The notes under the pieces were generated by a model. The model was not told the origin of the DNA, searched no databases, and saw only the letters and a list, made by a program, of their open reading frames with translations. A DNA stretch of 64,000 nt. It comes from Nitrososphaeria archaeon (GTDB lineage: Archaea > Thermoproteota > Nitrososphaeria > JACIWG01). This document shows, piece after piece, positions 60,014 through 64,000 of the stretch. The DNA lies in assembly GCA_050011875.1 (NCBI GenBank), contig JBEKIG010000004.1, forward strand, positions 32,001 through 96,000, read 5' to 3'. The number at the start of each line of letters is the position of its first letter. Positions within the stretch are counted from its first letter, which is position 1. The position numbers were made by a program, and so were the translations under genes.

Positions 60014-60265
60014 TTAGCCTTCGGCTTCATAGAATTTTTTTTCCACTACTGAAAGCGTGCCGGATCTGATTATTGTACGGTAATCCCTATCTAGGTCCTG
60101 TTTATGCAAATATTTCTTAATAAGCATCTTAAGTTCATCCGTTTTAGTCTCACTGAAATCAATAGAATCGCCGTCAACCTTTCCCTCAACTTTTTTCCTC
60201 TCCCTGACAAATTCTTGGAAATCTGAAATCTTATCTTTCATCTTTTCAAATTTTACTATCGCCAT
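60014..60265 (-). CDS. Putative ribosomal protein eL22-like
   Basis: FQEFVRERKKVEGK and LKMLIKKYLHKQDL.RDYR resemble the eukaryotic L22e blocks; ATG at 60265 is likely. Confidence 0.55.
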   Translation of the reverse strand: MAIVKFEKMKDKISDFQEFVRERKKVEGKVDGDSIDFSETKTDELKMLIKKYLHKQDLDRDYRTIIRSGTLSVVEKKFYEAEG

Positions 60266-60408
60266 ACTGATCACTGCACCACCACGTCTACGGTCTACAG
60301 CCTTTATTAGCTTAAAGAGGGCTCCCTTCCTTTTTCTGCTCAACTAGACTAGAACCATCTCTCTTAAGGACGGCATAGTTGTTTAAGACACGCGCCTATC
60401 ATAAAATA

Positions 60409-61428
60409 TTACTTTAACCCGAGTTCCTTCCTTCTATCAATCGTTGCTTCGGCGTCTGCGCCTGTGCTTATTATAGACACCGGCACTTTTACCTCTTTTT
60501 CAATATTTTCAACCATTTTCCTTGCATCTACGGGAAGCAATGAGAAATCTCTTAGATTCTTTGCGGCCGGAAACAGAATATCAAATTTCGTTACAGCCAC
60601 CTGTGTCGCGGAATTCAACATCACCGCTCTTTTGGCAAGTTCAAAGTTGAAAGGCGCACTTCTTCTGGTTCTCCCTGTAACGGTCGCTCTCTCCAGCCAT
60701 CCCCTCTTTTCAGCTTCCTGTTCTGACAGTTCTCCGGGAAGCTCCCCCGCACCCACACGTGTAACGTAAGCCTTGAAGACTATTAGAACGCTGTCTACGG
60801 CCTTCGGTCCTATTCCGATGTCAGAACAGATTGCTGAAGCCGTAACGTCTTTGGTTGTCACAAATGGATATGTGCCATGGTAGAGGGATATGTATGTACC
60901 CTGAGTTCCCTCAACATGAACGGTCTCTCCACTTGATATTGCTTCATTAACTAGAAAAGAGACATCACCCGTATATTTGGATAGAGATGGCACATCTTTG
61001 GCAAGTCGAGCCACTCGCATTATCCTCTCCACATTCGCCGGCCCACATCCTGTACCCGTTGTCCCAATTTTTCCCTTCAAGTACGCGTCTGAGCGGTCTT
61101 TTTCGACATGCTTTTCCTCTATAACACCACATTGTCTGTCAATGGTCACCCTGTTATCGACGTTAAACTGTTCTATTTCCCTAGTCAACACTTTAGGGTC
61201 GACGAGAACACCGGCGCCTATCATCAACTTCGTACTCTCATTTATCAGAGCACTTGGTAACATTCTCAACCTGCTTTCTATCCCCCTATAGACGACTGTG
61301 TGCCCAGCATTTGGACCGACACCCCCCCGTACTGCAATCTTTGGTTTGTCTTTAATGGCTAAATAAGAGACTATCTTACCTTTTCCTTCATCCCCAAAGA
61401 AGCCTCCTACAATAACGGTGCAGGTCAT
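60409..61428 (-). CDS. purA: Adenylosuccinate synthetase (short archaeal type)
   Basis: GDEGKGK, NAGHT, EGTQG, YPFVT and TVTGRTRR motifs. Confidence 0.95.
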   Translation of the reverse strand: MTCTVIVGGFFGDEGKGKIVSYLAIKDKPKIAVRGGVGPNAGHTVVYRGIESRLRMLPSALINESTKLMIGAGVLVDPKVLTREIEQFNVDNRVTIDRQCGVIEEKHVEKDRSDAYLKGKIGTTGTGCGPANVERIMRVARLAKDVPSLSKYTGDVSFLVNEAISSGETVHVEGTQGTYISLYHGTYPFVTTKDVTASAICSDIGIGPKAVDSVLIVFKAYVTRVGAGELPGELSEQEAEKRGWLERATVTGRTRRSAPFNFELAKRAVMLNSATQVAVTKFDILFPAAKNLRDFSLLPVDARKMVENIEKEVKVPVSIISTGADAEATIDRRKELGLK

Positions 61429-61668
61429 ATTCTAACATTAAAAGGGAATAGTAATAGAGTATAATAAGATTTGACCCTATTTTAGTTCTAATCCCTCTAT
61501 CTTAGCCTTCTCTTCGACTTTAGCGTCCTTGTTTCTGTGAGCAGGCAGGCTTTAATAACGATACTTGAAATTCGTGCAGAGATACTGCTGGTTTGCGTCT
61601 TCCCTCATTCTATAGATAACTGGGCGATTCAATTCCCATAATGAATTGAAGGACGACGTGATAGGCTG

Positions 61669-61947
61669 TCAACCAGATCGATGTCTACAGAACCAACAAT
61701 TACAGCCTCGATGTGTGTATACTGGGATAACCTTCCTCCCTATAAGTGAACTGCCCCCTTCTTCTATGATTCCAGCCCATTCATAGTCCCAACCGAACGG
61801 GTAAGCCCAGCCTGGGTATCCCCTTGCATACTGTTTCACGGTCGTTCCAGACATCATACACAGTTTCACGTGGACGGGACTTCACATTGTTCAAGTGTGG
61901 GCTTCGGCTGATCGACTACACGAACATCTATTGGACCAAAGTATAAA
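61669..61947 (-). pseudogene. Zinc-dependent alcohol dehydrogenase N-terminal remnant
   Basis: LYFGPIDVRVVDQPKP..EV, then after a frameshift VHVKLC..SGT.VKQY..GYP...EWAGII...GRKV...CNCWFCR; truncated. Confidence 0.55.
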
Positions 61948-62210
61948 GAAACCTTTATTATATTAACTAAACCCTAGCGTTCCTCAACCCATTTTATTAA
62001 TATTACTGAGAAACTTTCAGCCACGGAAACAAGTTTACAAACAATATCTTTTATTCAATCTCTATAAACTGCTTCTTAAAACAACCTTATCCTAAGTCCC
62101 GGATCTTGGTGACAGATTTAAATTAATACTTCATCGAATTTTACCGAGATAAGCATTTTAAAATGCCTAAAGATATAAAGTTTAATCCTAAATGTATGTA
62201 GTGGAAAAAA

Positions 62211-63203
62211 ATGAAGGCATTCGGTAAAATTAACGAAAAAGATTTGAGAAAATATGTATTACCAAATTTAGGTGTAAAAGATGAGAATTTAGTAGAACCT
62301 GCGGATGTCGGTGTCGACTTTGCGGTGTTGCAGGGCACAAACCAATATATTATCGTCTCATCAGACCCGGTTACTGGCGTTAGAAAGAACATAGGCTTAT
62401 ATGCGGTAAACGTAAACGCAAATGACGTTGCGACAAGTGGCAACAGACCAAGATTTATGGTGAACGTTATACTCCTAGCCAAGACTGAGAACGCTTCATC
62501 ACTAGCTGAGATAACGAAAGAGATTGACAGGGCATGTAAGATTTTAGGCATTTCGGTTATAGGAGGCCATACTGAGACTACAAAAGGCATTAAACAGACA
62601 ATCCTTGTTATGACAGCCCTCACCTTTGCCAGCAGTTACGTTTCCTCAAAAAGAGCAAAGGAAGGGGACGTGATTTTGATGAGTAAAACCGCTGGTCTAG
62701 AAGGCACCAGTATCTTAGCTCATGAATACAGGAAGAGCCTTAGTCGGTTAGGTGAAAAAACGATTGAAAACGCCTTGAAGATGGTTGGCCAAATAAGCAT
62801 CGTAAACGAGGCTGAAGCAGCTTTCAAAACAGGTTACGTACACGCAATGCATGACCCCACAGAAGGCGGTGTCCTAGGAGGCGTGTATGAAATGAGTGTA
62901 GCTTCGAAGCTGGGATTTATCATAGACAAAAATCTGATCCCAGTCGCACAAGAAACAAAGAAGATAAGTAAAGCCCTGCAGATCGATCCTTTAAAGCTGA
63001 TCAGTTCAGGGGTCCTACTTCTAGCCGTCGATCCAAAGGGGAAGGAATATGTTATCGAAGCGTTGAAGGACAAGGGAGTAGAGGTCAATGAAATAGGGAA
63101 TTTCATGATAGGTGAAAGATCTCTTTTGTCAAATGGAAGGAGGTTGTTGGTTAAGGAGAGCCCCATCGACGAACTTTGGAGGATAAAGAGGAAGGATTTA
63201 TAG
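62211..63203 (+). CDS. AIR synthase-related protein (HypE/ThiL superfamily)
   Basis: SSDPVTG, NANDVATSG, GGHTE, MHDPTEGG and LISSG motifs. Confidence 0.85.
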   Translation: MKAFGKINEKDLRKYVLPNLGVKDENLVEPADVGVDFAVLQGTNQYIIVSSDPVTGVRKNIGLYAVNVNANDVATSGNRPRFMVNVILLAKTENASSLAEITKEIDRACKILGISVIGGHTETTKGIKQTILVMTALTFASSYVSSKRAKEGDVILMSKTAGLEGTSILAHEYRKSLSRLGEKTIENALKMVGQISIVNEAEAAFKTGYVHAMHDPTEGGVLGGVYEMSVASKLGFIIDKNLIPVAQETKKISKALQIDPLKLISSGVLLLAVDPKGKEYVIEALKDKGVEVNEIGNFMIGERSLLSNGRRLLVKESPIDELWRIKRKDL

Positions 63204-63980
63204 GCCCAAGCGTCTGCTTCTTTGCTGATAGATTCTAATCGCTCTCATTAGGTCTATCTTCCTAAAGTCAGGCCAGTAGGCGTCAAAGAATACAAGTTCA
63301 CTGTATGCACTCTGCCACAAAAGGAAACCGCTGAGACGCTCCTCACCCGAAGTTCTTATGATAAGATCTGGTTCAGGGTTCGGTAGATGTGAAGTATAGA
63401 GTGAGTTCCCCACTATTTCATTATCTATTTCTTCCACCTTCAGCTTCGAACTTGCAACATCTTCGGCAATATTCTTCACCATGTCAATAATTTCTTGTCT
63501 TCCACCATAGGCTATAGCTATGTTAAAGAAGAAGCCGTCAAAATTGCTTGTTGAGTCTTCGATTTCTTTAATTAATTTCTGGAGAGTTTCAGGAAGAAGT
63601 GAGAGTTTTCCGATAAATTTAATTTTGACCTTTTTCTCTTGGAAATCCTTGATCTCTATCATCCTCTTGACATATTCTTCCATTAAACTGAGTATATGCG
63701 AAACTTCCTCTGAAGACCGCTTCAGGTTTTCTGTAGATAAAACGTAAAGCGTTATAGTTTTTATCCCTAAAGCTGCAGCCCAATCAAGAGATTCCTCAGC
63801 CACTTTAGCTCCGAAATTGTGCCCCAAGTTTGTCGTTAAATGCTTTTGTTTAGCCCATCTCCTGTTGCCGTCCAAGATGATGCCGACGTGAGATGGAATA
63901 GGTTTCCCTCTGATCTGCCGACTAAGCCAATATTCATAGATTTTATAGGCCCCTAAAACCTCCAAGGTTTTTTTAAGCAT
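63198..63980 (-). CDS. uppS: cis-prenyltransferase (undecaprenyl diphosphate synthase family)
   Basis: IILDGNRRWA, STENLKR, YGGRQEI and IRTSGEERLSGFLLWQ motifs. Confidence 0.95.
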   Translation of the reverse strand: MLKKTLEVLGAYKIYEYWLSRQIRGKPIPSHVGIILDGNRRWAKQKHLTTNLGHNFGAKVAEESLDWAAALGIKTITLYVLSTENLKRSSEEVSHILSLMEEYVKRMIEIKDFQEKKVKIKFIGKLSLLPETLQKLIKEIEDSTSNFDGFFFNIAIAYGGRQEIIDMVKNIAEDVASSKLKVEEIDNEIVGNSLYTSHLPNPEPDLIIRTSGEERLSGFLLWQSAYSELVFFDAYWPDFRKIDLMRAIRIYQQRSRRLGL

Positions 63981-64000
63981 AACTCATGCACCCTATTTAT

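Overview
Archaeal chromosomal window, probably from the TACK/Thermoproteota group (inferred from RadA, NreA, ABCE1, GGGP synthase, a Tes-type radical SAM enzyme, ThiR and uS13). Two housekeeping blocks (1-8.7 kb and 28.8-64 kb) flank a mosaic accessory island of about 20 kb (8.8-28.8 kb) that contains a tRNA-Arg(TCT), transporters, several pseudogenes and a frameshifted Ser/Thr-repeat protein. The most striking part lies directly 3' of the tRNA. A non-coding stretch of about 2.2 kb holds three related 260-305 nt long-hairpin units. Two of them show compensatory base changes, and the G:T/U pairs in all three fall on the + strand. These units are interspersed with four 51-52 bp quasi-palindromes (ATGTTCAAAA-N11/12-GTCATGAC-N11-ATTTTGAACA). 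The last palindrome contains the RBS and start codon of a single-chain type IIB (Topo VIII-like, GHKL + WHD + Toprim) topoisomerase gene. Other notable items are a eukaryote-like eL22 ribosomal protein candidate, a uS13 gene with no canonical start codon (ACG candidate), a RadA paralogue lacking Walker A, and a type II pantothenate kinase. All calls are from motif recognition by eye; no database searches were run.
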